This document shows positions 15,050 through 25,446 of a stretch of 64,000 bases of DNA, in pieces. Below the pieces are notes generated by a model. It saw only the letters and a list, made by a program, of their open reading frames with translations. It was not told the origin of the DNA and did not search any database. Within the stretch, counting starts at the first letter, position 1. Every line of letters begins with the position of its first letter. The DNA comes from a virus: IMG/VR virus record IMGVR_UViG_3300037851_000950, positions 1-64,000 of that record. The stretch is one strand, 5' to 3'. The translations under genes and the position numbers were made by a program.

Positions 15050-15867
15050 TGCCCGTCAAGTTCACAGAGAAAGACCACAGATATACCTCTCACACTGGTG
15101 AAAGGTATATCTCTGTGACTACGCTCCTTCATAAGTTCGAGCCTCCGTTCGACGCGGATTACTGGAGTGCGTACAAAGCGATCAAGGCAGTGCTTGAGCG
15201 CAAGGGAACCTGGAATGCGTATAAGGAAGAGGTCGGCGGATGGGAAAATGTAGTTGTCGTCACACGCCAGAATAAACTCTTCCCGCATCGTGCCGAAGTG
15301 ATTGCCGAGAAACGGGCGATACTTCAGCAGTGGGAAGACAACAAGAGAGATGCACTTCAGCGGGGATCAGCCTATCATAAAATGAAAGAGGCTGCGGTGA
15401 AGGCGAAGATCGTATACACCCCCGAACTCGTAGAGGTACCTGTCTTACAGGGAGTGGACGTGCTGTCAGGAAGTTTCTCTGACGGACTGTATCCCGAGCT
15501 GATACTCTACAACGACGATTGGAAGATAGCCGGTCAGGCGGACTGGGTAATGATTCAGGGAAAGAAGATTGACATCAAGGATTACAAGACTTCCAAGGAG
15601 ATCAAGAGGGAAGCGTTCATGGATGCTAAGATGAAGTCGCCAGTCGATTATCTGCCGGCCTGCAACTTCACAACATATTCGCTCCAGCTAAGTCTGTATG
15701 CGCTGATGATGGAAGAAAAAGGATTTGAAGTAGGAAGACTTTCGATAGAACATGTAGACAAACTGACTCAGAAAACAATCTCACTGTACCCAGTAGAGTA
15801 CATGAGAAAAGAAGTAAAGGCAATTGTAGAATATTACCGTGAAACTCAAAAAAAGAAACGAATGTAG
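15049..15867 (+). CDS. PD-(D/E)XK (RecB/Cas4-like) nuclease
   Basis: SVTTLL, RGSAYH, IAGQAD, IKDYKT, YSLQLSLY. Confidence 0.9.
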   Translation: MPVKFTEKDHRYTSHTGERYISVTTLLHKFEPPFDADYWSAYKAIKAVLERKGTWNAYKEEVGGWENVVVVTRQNKLFPHRAEVIAEKRAILQQWEDNKRDALQRGSAYHKMKEAAVKAKIVYTPELVEVPVLQGVDVLSGSFSDGLYPELILYNDDWKIAGQADWVMIQGKKIDIKDYKTSKEIKREAFMDAKMKSPVDYLPACNFTTYSLQLSLYALMMEEKGFEVGRLSIEHVDKLTQKTISLYPVEYMRKEVKAIVEYYRETQKKKRM

Positions 15868-16002
15868 GGTAAGCGATTCCGCTCTGGCTAAGGGGCGGGA
15901 GCGGCTCTTCACTGCCTTTATGAAGAGACGGGACATTAGCCCCAAAGAAAAACTGAAGATTGAAATCAAACTTGCGCTTGTAACCGATAAATACAAATTC
16001 TG

Positions 16003-16275
16003 ATGACTATTGAAGAAGTAGAATCTGTAATAGTTGACCTGTCTTGCAGAAAACTAAGCTATGAACTGCTCAAAGCAACCTATGTTCGATTCACGTTGAC
16101 TCCAAAATCCTACAATGCTTTGAAAGAAGAAATTATCAAGCGTGCCGATGTGACTGGCTTAAACATGAAGCCAAAAAGAAAAGACAGGATGATGTTTAAT
16201 TTTCAGGGAGTGACGGTGCTTATTGTAATGGGAAGCAATGGGAGAGATCAAGTTGCAGTAACTATAAATTTATAA
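16003..16275 (+). CDS. Hypothetical protein
   Basis: 90-aa ORF. Confidence 0.6.
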   Translation: MTIEEVESVIVDLSCRKLSYELLKATYVRFTLTPKSYNALKEEIIKRADVTGLNMKPKRKDRMMFNFQGVTVLIVMGSNGRDQVAVTINL

Positions 16276-16277
16276 TC

Positions 16278-16466
16278 ATGTGGAAGAAATTTTTTAATCT
16301 GCGAATGTTCTGGTGGGTTCATACCGAGAAGATGGATCACAGCGATTACTCCGTACACGTATGGCGCAATCCTTTTCTGGATGAGAAGTATGTGGTGTTC
16401 TTCCCCCAGGATCTGGAAGGAAACTGGAAGGAGATGCAACGTCGGAGGAAAAATCAAACTCAATAA
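16278..16466 (+). CDS. Hypothetical protein
   Basis: 62-aa ORF. Confidence 0.5.
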   Translation: MWKKFFNLRMFWWVHTEKMDHSDYSVHVWRNPFLDEKYVVFFPQDLEGNWKEMQRRRKNQTQ

Positions 16467-16518
16467 TCAATAAACACAGACAGAACAATCTCCACGAGTA
16501 CATTAAAGAATCCCTCTG

Positions 16519-17184
16519 ATGTTACGCTTCTCCATGAAAAATCATCGGGTCATTATTGACCCGGTATCTCTCTCCCTCGATTGTCTTCGGGAAATCTGGA
16601 TGGCCGACAAGACCACTATGAAGAATACGGCCACAGATTTGCTGACCTATATCCATCTTACTTCCCAGGTCGACCAGGATGCGCCTTTCGCTAAAGTAGA
16701 TCCTGCAGACGTTTCGGCGCTCGTTCGCCGGGAGATCTTCGGAAAGTATGAACACAAATTCACAGGCAAGTTCGACGAAGAGTTCATGGAGAACGCCTGC
16801 ATGTCTTACCAGCTTGCCTTCGATACTCCGGAGATGGCTGCCGTACGGGTTTACGACAAGAAGATCTACGAACTCAACAGGATCATTGCCGAAACCAAGA
16901 TCGAAGTCAAAGAAGTGAATGTCCGCGGAGGAAAGGATTTCATCTCGAACTTTCCCATCATCAACAAGATGATGCAGGACATGACCAAGATCAACGCAGC
17001 TCGCGAAGCACTGCGCTCTGCCATTCTCAAACAACAATCTACTTCCACCATTCGCGGACAGAAGACTGTATCCTTTCTTGAGAAACGTCGGGCTGAAATG
17101 ATTAAGTCCGGAGTGATCAAAGAGAAAGCTGCTTCTGATGAAGAAGACATGGATACTTCCGAACCAAACAAAGACGACATTTGA
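16519..17184 (+). CDS. Conserved protein, possible terminase small subunit
   Basis: Position upstream of TerL; helical C-terminus with IRG motif. Confidence 0.55.
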   Translation: MLRFSMKNHRVIIDPVSLSLDCLREIWMADKTTMKNTATDLLTYIHLTSQVDQDAPFAKVDPADVSALVRREIFGKYEHKFTGKFDEEFMENACMSYQLAFDTPEMAAVRVYDKKIYELNRIIAETKIEVKEVNVRGGKDFISNFPIINKMMQDMTKINAAREALRSAILKQQSTSTIRGQKTVSFLEKRRAEMIKSGVIKEKAASDEEDMDTSEPNKDDI

Positions 17185-17185
17185 T

Positions 17186-17527
17186 ATGAACGAAACATCT
17201 GCTGTTCCTGCTTCCGTTAAAGATACCCGGGAAGAAAACATCGAAGCGCAAACCCAACTCCTGAGAAATCAGGGAGCTGTTGAACTTGCAAACATCGATA
17301 TTGCAAAAGCCCAGGCGAAAATTCAACAGCTTGTTCCTTTTCTTAACATGATGGGTGAGATTCGTACGGCGTTGAATTATCCTATGATTTCTGACAACCA
17401 GGGTTTCTCTGACAAAATTGCGCTGGAGAAAATGTGGGACACCACAGACGTACAACGTCTTCGTGCGCGGTATTTCAAAGTCATGGACAAGTATTTCGAA
17501 GTTGCCGACATTAAATTACCTGAATAA
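17186..17527 (+). CDS. Hypothetical protein
   Basis: Coupled ORF. Confidence 0.65.
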   Translation: MNETSAVPASVKDTREENIEAQTQLLRNQGAVELANIDIAKAQAKIQQLVPFLNMMGEIRTALNYPMISDNQGFSDKIALEKMWDTTDVQRLRARYFKVMDKYFEVADIKLPE

Positions 17528-17646
17528 TGGCTGAACTATCGTACACCAAAAGACAAAAGGTCAAGAAAAAAGGAAAGCCTAAAAAGCAATCCATCAACAA
17601 GACCAGCAAGTACTACGTGAAACCCTACCGAGGACAGGGTCGATAG
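17527..17646 (+). CDS. Small basic peptide ending YRGQGR (39 aa)
   Basis: Manual translation MAELSYTKRQKVKKKGKPKKQSINKTSKYYVKPYRGQGR; TAATG coupling. Confidence 0.7.
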   Translation: MAELSYTKRQKVKKKGKPKKQSINKTSKYYVKPYRGQGR

Positions 17647-17664
17647 ACCCCACTCATTCGAACA

Positions 17665-19620
17665 ATGGCTAAGAAAACCACGAAAACCAGCCACATCAGC
17701 ATCTTCAATCAGCCGGATTGTATCCTGCCGAAGAGTTTCTTCGAAGGTAGATTCCCTCCGAATCTTCATCCCGATTCGCTCGACTATGCACAATGGTGGG
17801 GCGAGCAGCATGATCGCTGCATCAACGGGTGGAAGGACGGAGGGTTTTCTGTTTCTCCGGCATACTACTACAACCTGAATTTCAAGAAGATTAACATGCT
17901 CGATGTCGCCACCAACAAGGTGATTATCGGGCATCCTTATTTTGCATACGAAGATCAGGAACTGTTCAACGAAGTTTACGAATGTCGTACGACAACCAAC
18001 GATGGCATCATGCTTATCACCGGCCGGGGATTCGGTAAATCCTTCAGTGCGGCTACTCTGGTTGAGCATGAGTTCACCTTCGCTGATGTATCAGAATGTA
18101 TCGTCAGTGCCTCCACAGAAAAGTTTGCCTCCTTACTCTGGGAAAAAATCGAACTCGGGCTTAACTCACAGGTGCCTGAATTCCGACGATCGTTGCTTAA
18201 GGATACCGGCACACTCAAGCAGTCGGGCTATACGATCAAAGACGAAGAGACCAATCAGTTCGTCGACGCCGATGCGGCCAGCTTCATCCGGAAAATTGTC
18301 TATGACTCAGATGCCGGTAAGACTCGGGGTACTCGTCCGAACCTCCACATCTTTGACGAGGTTGGTTCCTGGACAGGAGCCGCGTCCCTGATAGAGTGCT
18401 ACAAGAAGACCTCGGCCTCCTGGACCCGGGGGTCTATTCGCATGACCTTCCCCCTGTACCTGGGAACGGGAGGGGAAATGGACTCTGGCGGATCGATCGA
18501 TGCCAAGACCATGTTCAACAACCCCGAGGAATATGGCATCCGGGCCTACGAGTACAAGGAGCGCAAGATCGGCAAGTTCTATCCAGCGTATGTGAAGTTC
18601 GGTGGATTCTATGAGAAGAGCGGGGTATCGGATGTGATCGGAGCGAAGGCCTGGCTCGACAAGAAGCGGGAGAAAGTAAAAGGCAACCCCGAACTCTACC
18701 GTCAGGAATCCTCAGAGTTCCCCTACGATCCGGACGAAGCCTTCCAGGTATCCGGCCACGGGGTGTTCCCGGTAGACATTCTGGAAAAGCGGTTTGCTGA
18801 CATTGAGCGCTCGCCGGCCCTGAAGAACATGGTACAGCGGGGCAATCTGAACTGGATTCGCGAAGGTTCCCGGATTATTGGGGTGGAGTGGGAACAGGAC
18901 GAGAACGGAGTATTCGAGATCCTTGAGCACCCGGCCTGGACGCGCAAAGACTGGACCCACGGCAAGATCAACAACCTGTACGTTTCTGGCTGTGACTCCT
19001 TTGACGCTGTTGCCGAGGACGATTCCAAGATGTCGGAAACCGAGCGCCGGAGCCGCAAGTCCCGCGGCTCGCACATGGTGTTTAAACGATTTTTCAGTGC
19101 CGGAGAGACTTCCCGGGTGTTTGTGGCCAAGCTGCTTCAGCGCACCGACGACGCCACGGAGTTCTACTGGAATACCATCAAACTTAATCTGTACTACAAT
19201 TCAAAGATGCTCGCCGAGTATACCAAGATCGGTATCCTCCAGCATTACATCACGCATTCCTTTGAGTACATGCTCTACTTGCGCCCGCGCCTGGATACCA
19301 CCGTGGTTAAGCAATCTCTGACCACAAACAGGTACGGGATCTCGATGCCGGACGAGGTAAAGCGCCACGTCATTTCCCGACTGGTGCAATATGTGAAAAC
19401 CGACGTGGACCAGATTTTCTTCACTTCGCTCATTCGGGATATGCTCTCCTTCACCTTTGAGGGAAGGGAGAAAAACATGCACGACGAGACCATGGCGGCC
19501 TCTTTGGCTATTTTGGCGGACGACGACATGTACAAGATTTCGGCGCGTGCGCAGAGCACCGCGCAGATCCATTTTCCCAAATATGTGCGTGACGCGAAGG
19601 GCAATCTTGTTTTTCAGTAA
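17665..19620 (+). CDS. terL: Terminase large subunit
   Basis: Walker A TGRGFGKS, Walker B IFDEVG, GTGG coupling motif, nuclease GCDSFD and HDE. Confidence 0.95.
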   Translation: MAKKTTKTSHISIFNQPDCILPKSFFEGRFPPNLHPDSLDYAQWWGEQHDRCINGWKDGGFSVSPAYYYNLNFKKINMLDVATNKVIIGHPYFAYEDQELFNEVYECRTTTNDGIMLITGRGFGKSFSAATLVEHEFTFADVSECIVSASTEKFASLLWEKIELGLNSQVPEFRRSLLKDTGTLKQSGYTIKDEETNQFVDADAASFIRKIVYDSDAGKTRGTRPNLHIFDEVGSWTGAASLIECYKKTSASWTRGSIRMTFPLYLGTGGEMDSGGSIDAKTMFNNPEEYGIRAYEYKERKIGKFYPAYVKFGGFYEKSGVSDVIGAKAWLDKKREKVKGNPELYRQESSEFPYDPDEAFQVSGHGVFPVDILEKRFADIERSPALKNMVQRGNLNWIREGSRIIGVEWEQDENGVFEILEHPAWTRKDWTHGKINNLYVSGCDSFDAVAEDDSKMSETERRSRKSRGSHMVFKRFFSAGETSRVFVAKLLQRTDDATEFYWNTIKLNLYYNSKMLAEYTKIGILQHYITHSFEYMLYLRPRLDTTVVKQSLTTNRYGISMPDEVKRHVISRLVQYVKTDVDQIFFTSLIRDMLSFTFEGREKNMHDETMAASLAILADDDMYKISARAQSTAQIHFPKYVRDAKGNLVFQ

Positions 19621-19630
19621 GAGAATGGTT

Positions 19631-19638
19631 TATATTTG
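19631..19638 (+). promoter_or_regulatory. Bacteroidota -7 promoter box upstream of portal
   Basis: TATATTTG. Confidence 0.55.
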
Positions 19639-19653
19639 TTAGGATTACGACAA

Positions 19654-21933
19654 ATGGTACTCAACCAGCCACTAATCAGCGAAAGGTCTTTTGGCTACGG
19701 CTTCAAGCCAAAGCAGAACATTCCTGAGAGTCAGAAAACCGAAATCTGGGCCATGGAAAACGTCGACTGGTGCATTTCCATGTCGCCGATGTGGTGGAAA
19801 ACCTCCAACGACAAGTGGTACAACCTCTACAATGGAATCCGGGACGAGCAGCAATTTGACCATTTGACCAAGACTTACGGCATCGAATTCCCGGCCGGCA
19901 AGATCAAACACGTCCCCCTCACGCGCCCGCTGATCAATCGAATTCACTCAGAAATCGAGGAGCGGCAGTTCGATTTCACCGCCCATACGGAGGACACCGA
20001 GTCGATCGAACAGAAGATTTCCGGGGTTTCTGAGCAGATTCTCAAGGAGGTCATGACCCTGATCGCCTCGGGAGAGAACCTGGAGGAGGCCTTGACCAAG
20101 ATGGAGCGCTACTACCGTAGCGAATATAAAAGCGAGACGGAAATAGGCGTTCAGCATTTCATCAACCAGTACATGCTCAAGCATCGACTGGACCGGAAAT
20201 TCTCAGAAAACGCCCTGGATAAGCTCATCACAGGGCGTGAGTTTTATAGGGTTCATGTAAATCGGATAGGCGAAGATCCTATATATGAGGTACTTAAGGC
20301 TGATGAGCTCTTCTATTCCGACAATGCCGTAAAATGGGTGAATGAGTGCGATTGGGCTGTACGGGCCAAATTGATGACTCCCACCGAGATCCTGGACTCC
20401 TTCGGGGAGCGCATGAAGCAGGACGACATCAAAAAGATCGAGTCCTGGTTGGACATGTACACCAAGGACACCTTCTACAAGATGAACCGGCCCGAGGATG
20501 CCGACACCCTTCTGGCAGACTCTTCCAAAGCATTCGACAACGCGGCGATTAACCATAAGCTTGCCGTTTACTTCGTCGAGTGGAAGAGCATTCGCAAGAT
20601 TTCCTACCTGAAAAACGAGAACAAATACGCCCAGGATGCCCCCTTTATCAAGATTCTCTCCAATGAAGAGGTGGTCGAATTGCCCAAATCCCGGCGCGAC
20701 AAGGTCAAATGCGGTTACGTTCAGGATCTCTATCAAGGGATTCGTATCGGTGACGGCGGCAGCCAGGGTATCTACCTCGACCTGGGCAAGGTCAAGTACC
20801 CTGTAAGGAGCATGAGTCAGCCTTCCAAGGTGTTCCTGTCCTACAACGGGCTTACCCACAACGGCAAAATCAAGCCCTACTCCCTGATCGGGGAGACTTC
20901 GGATCTACAGGATCTGTACGACGTGCTCCATTTCCACAAGGAAAACTTGATCGCGCTATCTGGCGTGAAAGGTTCGGTGATGGATATGAGCCAGTTGCCC
21001 GACTTCAAAACCGGTAATCCGGCGGACAACATCAAGCTCTACATGTACTACAAGAAGCTCGGCACGGCTTGGATCGATAGAAACAAGGAAGGCGCTGACC
21101 GAAGCTTCAACCAGTTCGCCACGTACGATGATACGATGGGTGCAGGCCTGAAGGCCATTCTGGAAATGATCCAGCACGTTGAGGATGTCGCCGGCCGTGT
21201 GGTCGGAGTGAATCGTCAGCAGCTTGGAAGCAACGAATACTTCGACGGCAAAGCCACTACCCAGATGATGATTCAAAACTCATCGATGGTTACCGAATGG
21301 CTTTTCAATGAGCATGACGAGTTTGTCGAGCGCGCACTTACTGATCTTTCAAACGCCGCACGCGTAGCCTACAAGAATGGCGTGGTTGGTCACTATACCG
21401 ACCGTCAGCGTCAGCAGCAGATCTTCCGTCTTGACGATGTGAACTTCCCGTTTGCCGATTGGGGAATTCACATTACCAACAAGTCTTCCGACAAGCGTTC
21501 GATTGCCGAGCTCAAGATGATGACTACCGACATGGTGAAAAAAGGTCTCATGCAGTTCCGTGATATCCTTCCGCTCTTCAAACAGAATGGTCTGGCCGAA
21601 GTGCTGCGCGAAATCGAAATCACCGTTATCAAACGCGAAGAGGAAATGGCCAAGCAGCAGGCACAGCTTCAGCAAATCCAGATCCAGCTTGCGCAAGCCA
21701 AGGAAGAAGCTGAAATCAAGAAGCTCAACAGCCAGGCGCAGGAAATCGCGTCCAACATGTTGCTCAATCAGCGCCAGCTCGAACTCGAACGCCAGGCTAT
21801 CTCCGACAAGCGCGATGTAGGTATGGCCAAGATCGACAACGATAATAAGCGTATTCAACTCGAAGCGCAACAGCTCGAAATCGCTGCAAGGCAGGGTATC
21901 GAGAAAAACAATACAGAAGTAAGAAACAAGTAA
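19654..21933 (+). CDS. Portal protein
   Basis: Follows TerL; ~760 aa; YNLYNG, GVNRQQLG, C-terminal coiled coil as in crAss-like portals. Confidence 0.9.
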   Translation: MVLNQPLISERSFGYGFKPKQNIPESQKTEIWAMENVDWCISMSPMWWKTSNDKWYNLYNGIRDEQQFDHLTKTYGIEFPAGKIKHVPLTRPLINRIHSEIEERQFDFTAHTEDTESIEQKISGVSEQILKEVMTLIASGENLEEALTKMERYYRSEYKSETEIGVQHFINQYMLKHRLDRKFSENALDKLITGREFYRVHVNRIGEDPIYEVLKADELFYSDNAVKWVNECDWAVRAKLMTPTEILDSFGERMKQDDIKKIESWLDMYTKDTFYKMNRPEDADTLLADSSKAFDNAAINHKLAVYFVEWKSIRKISYLKNENKYAQDAPFIKILSNEEVVELPKSRRDKVKCGYVQDLYQGIRIGDGGSQGIYLDLGKVKYPVRSMSQPSKVFLSYNGLTHNGKIKPYSLIGETSDLQDLYDVLHFHKENLIALSGVKGSVMDMSQLPDFKTGNPADNIKLYMYYKKLGTAWIDRNKEGADRSFNQFATYDDTMGAGLKAILEMIQHVEDVAGRVVGVNRQQLGSNEYFDGKATTQMMIQNSSMVTEWLFNEHDEFVERALTDLSNAARVAYKNGVVGHYTDRQRQQQIFRLDDVNFPFADWGIHITNKSSDKRSIAELKMMTTDMVKKGLMQFRDILPLFKQNGLAEVLREIEITVIKREEEMAKQQAQLQQIQIQLAQAKEEAEIKKLNSQAQEIASNMLLNQRQLELERQAISDKRDVGMAKIDNDNKRIQLEAQQLEIAARQGIEKNNTEVRNK

Positions 21934-21948
21934 CCAAATGTCAAAGAC

Positions 21949-23100
21949 ATGATTACAGAAACGATTCAGGAAGGCGCTCAAGGAGTGGATGTCCTGGGAA
22001 ATATGCAAACGATTGGGTCTGAAGAAGAGCTCAAAAAATACCTCGAAGGTCAAGGTGCTGAATCCGCCCCCGAAAATGCGGCAGCCCAGGCCAGGAAAAA
22101 AGCAGATGAAGAAGCTGCTGCCGCGGCTGCTGCAGCCGCAAAGAAAGACAAAGGTGGTCTGAACATCGATCCTCTCTCCTCCAATGTTACGGAAGAAGAA
22201 GAGGATGCCGAAGGCAAAAAGAAAGAAGACAAAGAGGAAGAAGAGCCGGTGAATTATCCGACTGTTCTTCATTATCTCAACGACAAACACGAGCTCGGTC
22301 TCAAACTTGAAGAGGTTAAAGAACTCTCCAAGGAAGAAGAGGCTGAGGCGCTTGACGGTCTTATTTCCCGGATGGTGGAGAACACTAATGCCGCTCTCCA
22401 GGAATACGGCTACATCGAACAACTTATGCAGGACCCCGAAATTCGGGAAGTTCTGAGGGCCAAAATTGAGGGCAAAACCCTGAAGGATCTGTACAGCCAA
22501 TTCTCTGCAAGCCCGGCCGGGCAGGCAGATGACGCGTTGGCTATGCAGAATTTCAAAAAGCAGTATCCTAAAGCACCTGAAGAAGCTATTCAGGGAATGG
22601 TGGATGCGCTTAAGAAATCAGGCCAATTCGAACCGTTTGTCAAAGGACTCCGCGAACAGCTTATTGAAGAGCAAAGTCTCAATCAAAAGCAGCAAGCGGA
22701 AGCTGAGAAGAAACGTCTCGAAGAGGAAGCGCTCAAGGAACAGCAGGAAGTTCAACAGTATGCACAATACCTTGAAACAATCCCTGCTGTTTACGGGATA
22801 CCTCTGACCAAGGAGATGAAGGAAGCCATCTTCGACATCACTACTTCGCGTGACCAAAAGGGATTCACCAGACTCGATTACGCATTGCAAAGCAATGACG
22901 GTCTTGTTTTGGCGGCTCTCGGAATTGGTTTCATGAAGCAGATGATTGCTAACGGAGCTTCCATCCAAAAGAATAAGTCAAAAGGACGCGTGATGGACAA
23001 AATCTTCCCTACTCCCGAATCCCTGCAAAGCGGCGGAAGTGGCGGTAAACAAGATCCGGAAGAGGACATCATCAAGAGCGGAGCTGCGAACTTGTTCTAA
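21949..23100 (+). CDS. Acidic protein between portal and MCP (scaffold-like)
   Basis: Position; E-rich coiled coils. Confidence 0.7.
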   Translation: MITETIQEGAQGVDVLGNMQTIGSEEELKKYLEGQGAESAPENAAAQARKKADEEAAAAAAAAAKKDKGGLNIDPLSSNVTEEEEDAEGKKKEDKEEEEPVNYPTVLHYLNDKHELGLKLEEVKELSKEEEAEALDGLISRMVENTNAALQEYGYIEQLMQDPEIREVLRAKIEGKTLKDLYSQFSASPAGQADDALAMQNFKKQYPKAPEEAIQGMVDALKKSGQFEPFVKGLREQLIEEQSLNQKQQAEAEKKRLEEEALKEQQEVQQYAQYLETIPAVYGIPLTKEMKEAIFDITTSRDQKGFTRLDYALQSNDGLVLAALGIGFMKQMIANGASIQKNKSKGRVMDKIFPTPESLQSGGSGGKQDPEEDIIKSGAANLF

Positions 23101-23127
23101 GCACTCAACCAATTAACAACGAAAACC

Positions 23128-24591
23128 ATGAGAATTGTATCGAGAATTGCAAATAACCTGCTCAACAGCCGCAACACAGCCACCATGCGTGAGCTTGAGA
23201 AGCTGTTTGCAGTTGCACCGAACCTGGCGGCAAAAACGATCCGCCTGTTCCCCCATCACTCAATCTCCTTCCTGACCGAAGGTTTGGGTGAGATTTACGA
23301 TGTGAAGTCCACCTCGGACAACTTCATCGGTCTCAACGAGAAGTCGTACAAATGGAAGATTCGCGGCCATCAGGTCCCGCGCATCAAGTTCGCAGCTCGT
23401 GTCACGGGCGGCGCACTCTCCGGAAGTTCGTCTACCCTGTTGGGAACCAATGGAGTTGAATTCATTGTGGCCTTCAACACCTCGTACTACAATCCCTACG
23501 ACATCATCAAACTGGAAGATAGCTCGTTGCTGTTCGTAACAGCCGGTCCCTTCATGGTTGCTGAAGGTACGTGGGAATACACCGTACGGGTGAATACGAA
23601 CACCATGTCGGAAGGTGTGCAGGAAAAGTACATGTCTGCCGGACGCGACTCTGGCCCGGCCGGTAAGGCCTACCCTGAACTGTCTGACCGCGGGTACATC
23701 TCGACGACTCAGGCCCATGAAGAGCATATCAACTACATCACGAAAGTGAGATATGACTGGACATGGTCTGCTGACGCCGCAGCTACCAAGTACCTCATTG
23801 AGGACATCGTTCCTCATAACGGTAAGGCCGTTCGGTTGAACTACATCACCGATGAACTGTTCCGGACCGCCATGGAGCAATTCCACCTGAACAAGGAAAT
23901 GGAATTGATCTACGGCCGCACGTCCATGGACGCAAATGGACGTTGCTTCCTCCAGGATCCCAAGACGGGTCAGGATATCGTGAAAGGTGATGGTATCATC
24001 GCCCAGATCGCATCCTCTCAGAAGCAGACTTACAGCAAACTGTCGATCGGTATGCTGGAAGACATCATGAGCGACCTGTCACTTCGTACTGCCAAGCCCA
24101 CGGGCAATACCTGGCTCATGACCACCGGTCGTGAAGGGTATAAAGAATTCGGCCGCATTATGCGCGCTGAACATAAGGCCGGTTGGCAGCTCCAGCCGAA
24201 TTCTTACGTTCAGACTAAGAACGGCAAGATTCAGCTCGGCGCAGAGTACAACGCGTACGCCTTCCAGGGTAACACCATCGTCGTGAACGTGAACGCCGTA
24301 TTCGACCATCCTTCCAATCCGTCCATTAAGGACTCGAACGGTAAGGCTCTTGAGTCGAGCAAGTTCCTGTTCATCGACATGAGCACCTACGACGGTGTGA
24401 AAAACATTCAGATGATCGCCAAAGACGGACGTTCGTTCATCACCGGCCTTGTAGAAGGTATCGGCGGTGAAGACGGAAAGACTTCCGGCAAGGTGTCTTC
24501 TACGCTGGATGGCTCTTCGAAGACCATCATCGGAAGCATGGGTGTGGTTCTCCACAACCCGTACTCCTCAATGATGCTTGAGAAGAGGTAA
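23128..24591 (+). CDS. Major capsid protein
   Basis: 487 aa; YKWKI, AYPELSDRGY, GDGIIAQI, LESSKFLFID; crAss-like synteny. Confidence 0.9.
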   Translation: MRIVSRIANNLLNSRNTATMRELEKLFAVAPNLAAKTIRLFPHHSISFLTEGLGEIYDVKSTSDNFIGLNEKSYKWKIRGHQVPRIKFAARVTGGALSGSSSTLLGTNGVEFIVAFNTSYYNPYDIIKLEDSSLLFVTAGPFMVAEGTWEYTVRVNTNTMSEGVQEKYMSAGRDSGPAGKAYPELSDRGYISTTQAHEEHINYITKVRYDWTWSADAAATKYLIEDIVPHNGKAVRLNYITDELFRTAMEQFHLNKEMELIYGRTSMDANGRCFLQDPKTGQDIVKGDGIIAQIASSQKQTYSKLSIGMLEDIMSDLSLRTAKPTGNTWLMTTGREGYKEFGRIMRAEHKAGWQLQPNSYVQTKNGKIQLGAEYNAYAFQGNTIVVNVNAVFDHPSNPSIKDSNGKALESSKFLFIDMSTYDGVKNIQMIAKDGRSFITGLVEGIGGEDGKTSGKVSSTLDGSSKTIIGSMGVVLHNPYSSMMLEKR

Positions 24592-24630
24592 TCAAGTAAG
24601 TAACTAAACGTATGCAAAGCATAAACAACT

Positions 24631-25443
24631 ATGGAAACACTCCTCGCTGAACAGCCCCAGTCAATGACTGATTCTGTTCCTGAAACCGGAAAGATTACTT
24701 TTGTGGCCTACAACCCGAAAACCCAGATGCCTGTCGTGTGCCGTCCTTTGACGGACCAGTCCGGCAAACTCTGGACGGGCCAAGGGCAACACGGGTACTA
24801 TGATCTCCTCTCTGCTGAAGAAAAAGCAAAGCTCGCTTTCATTTTCGATTACGATACCTCGGTACGAATCGAAGACGGGAAGGTTCTTGACCTCGACGAT
24901 CCTTATGACAAGGCCGTATGGAAGTGGTTGCGCAAGCATCCCTACATCGCTCTTGACAGAAGGTCCGGGGAAGGGAATCGGGATGCCGTATTCTACGTCG
25001 CCAATGCAGTAAAAGAAGCAAAAGAGCGCATCGACAAAACCGCGAAAATTGACGAAGCCCGCCCTGCGGTTCGCAAGCTTTCGCAAGCCGACCAGGTGCG
25101 CGTTGCAAAAGCGTTGGGTCTTGACGGCGCTGCCGGGTTCACCCCTGAACAGGTGTTGGACTGGCTGCTGTCATATTCGAATACACATCCGGAGACTGTG
25201 CTGGCGACCATCGATCCTGGAAACAAATCCAGGCTCAACGCAAAAGTGGCACTCAAGGAGTTCATCAAGTACGAAGCAATCAAACGGGAGAAGGACGGAG
25301 CCTTTTATTTTGGAGGCATCGATGGAGTGAATCTCGGTCACACCGAGGAAATGGTTGTTGATTACCTGCTGAATCCCGAAAACAGTGAACGGGTAAAATC
25401 GATCAAGGCGAAATTTGCAGAAATCTCCAAGCAACCGGCTTAA
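24631..25443 (+). CDS. Conserved crAss-like protein downstream of MCP
   Basis: Synteny; LDLDDPYD and LGHTEEMVVDYLLNPEN motifs. Confidence 0.75.
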   Translation: METLLAEQPQSMTDSVPETGKITFVAYNPKTQMPVVCRPLTDQSGKLWTGQGQHGYYDLLSAEEKAKLAFIFDYDTSVRIEDGKVLDLDDPYDKAVWKWLRKHPYIALDRRSGEGNRDAVFYVANAVKEAKERIDKTAKIDEARPAVRKLSQADQVRVAKALGLDGAAGFTPEQVLDWLLSYSNTHPETVLATIDPGNKSRLNAKVALKEFIKYEAIKREKDGAFYFGGIDGVNLGHTEEMVVDYLLNPENSERVKSIKAKFAEISKQPA

Positions 25444-25446
25444 CAG

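Noticed and set aside
15049-15867. cas4 of a CRISPR system
   Set aside because: No Fe-S cysteine cluster, no array and no other cas genes; a typical standalone phage nuclease.
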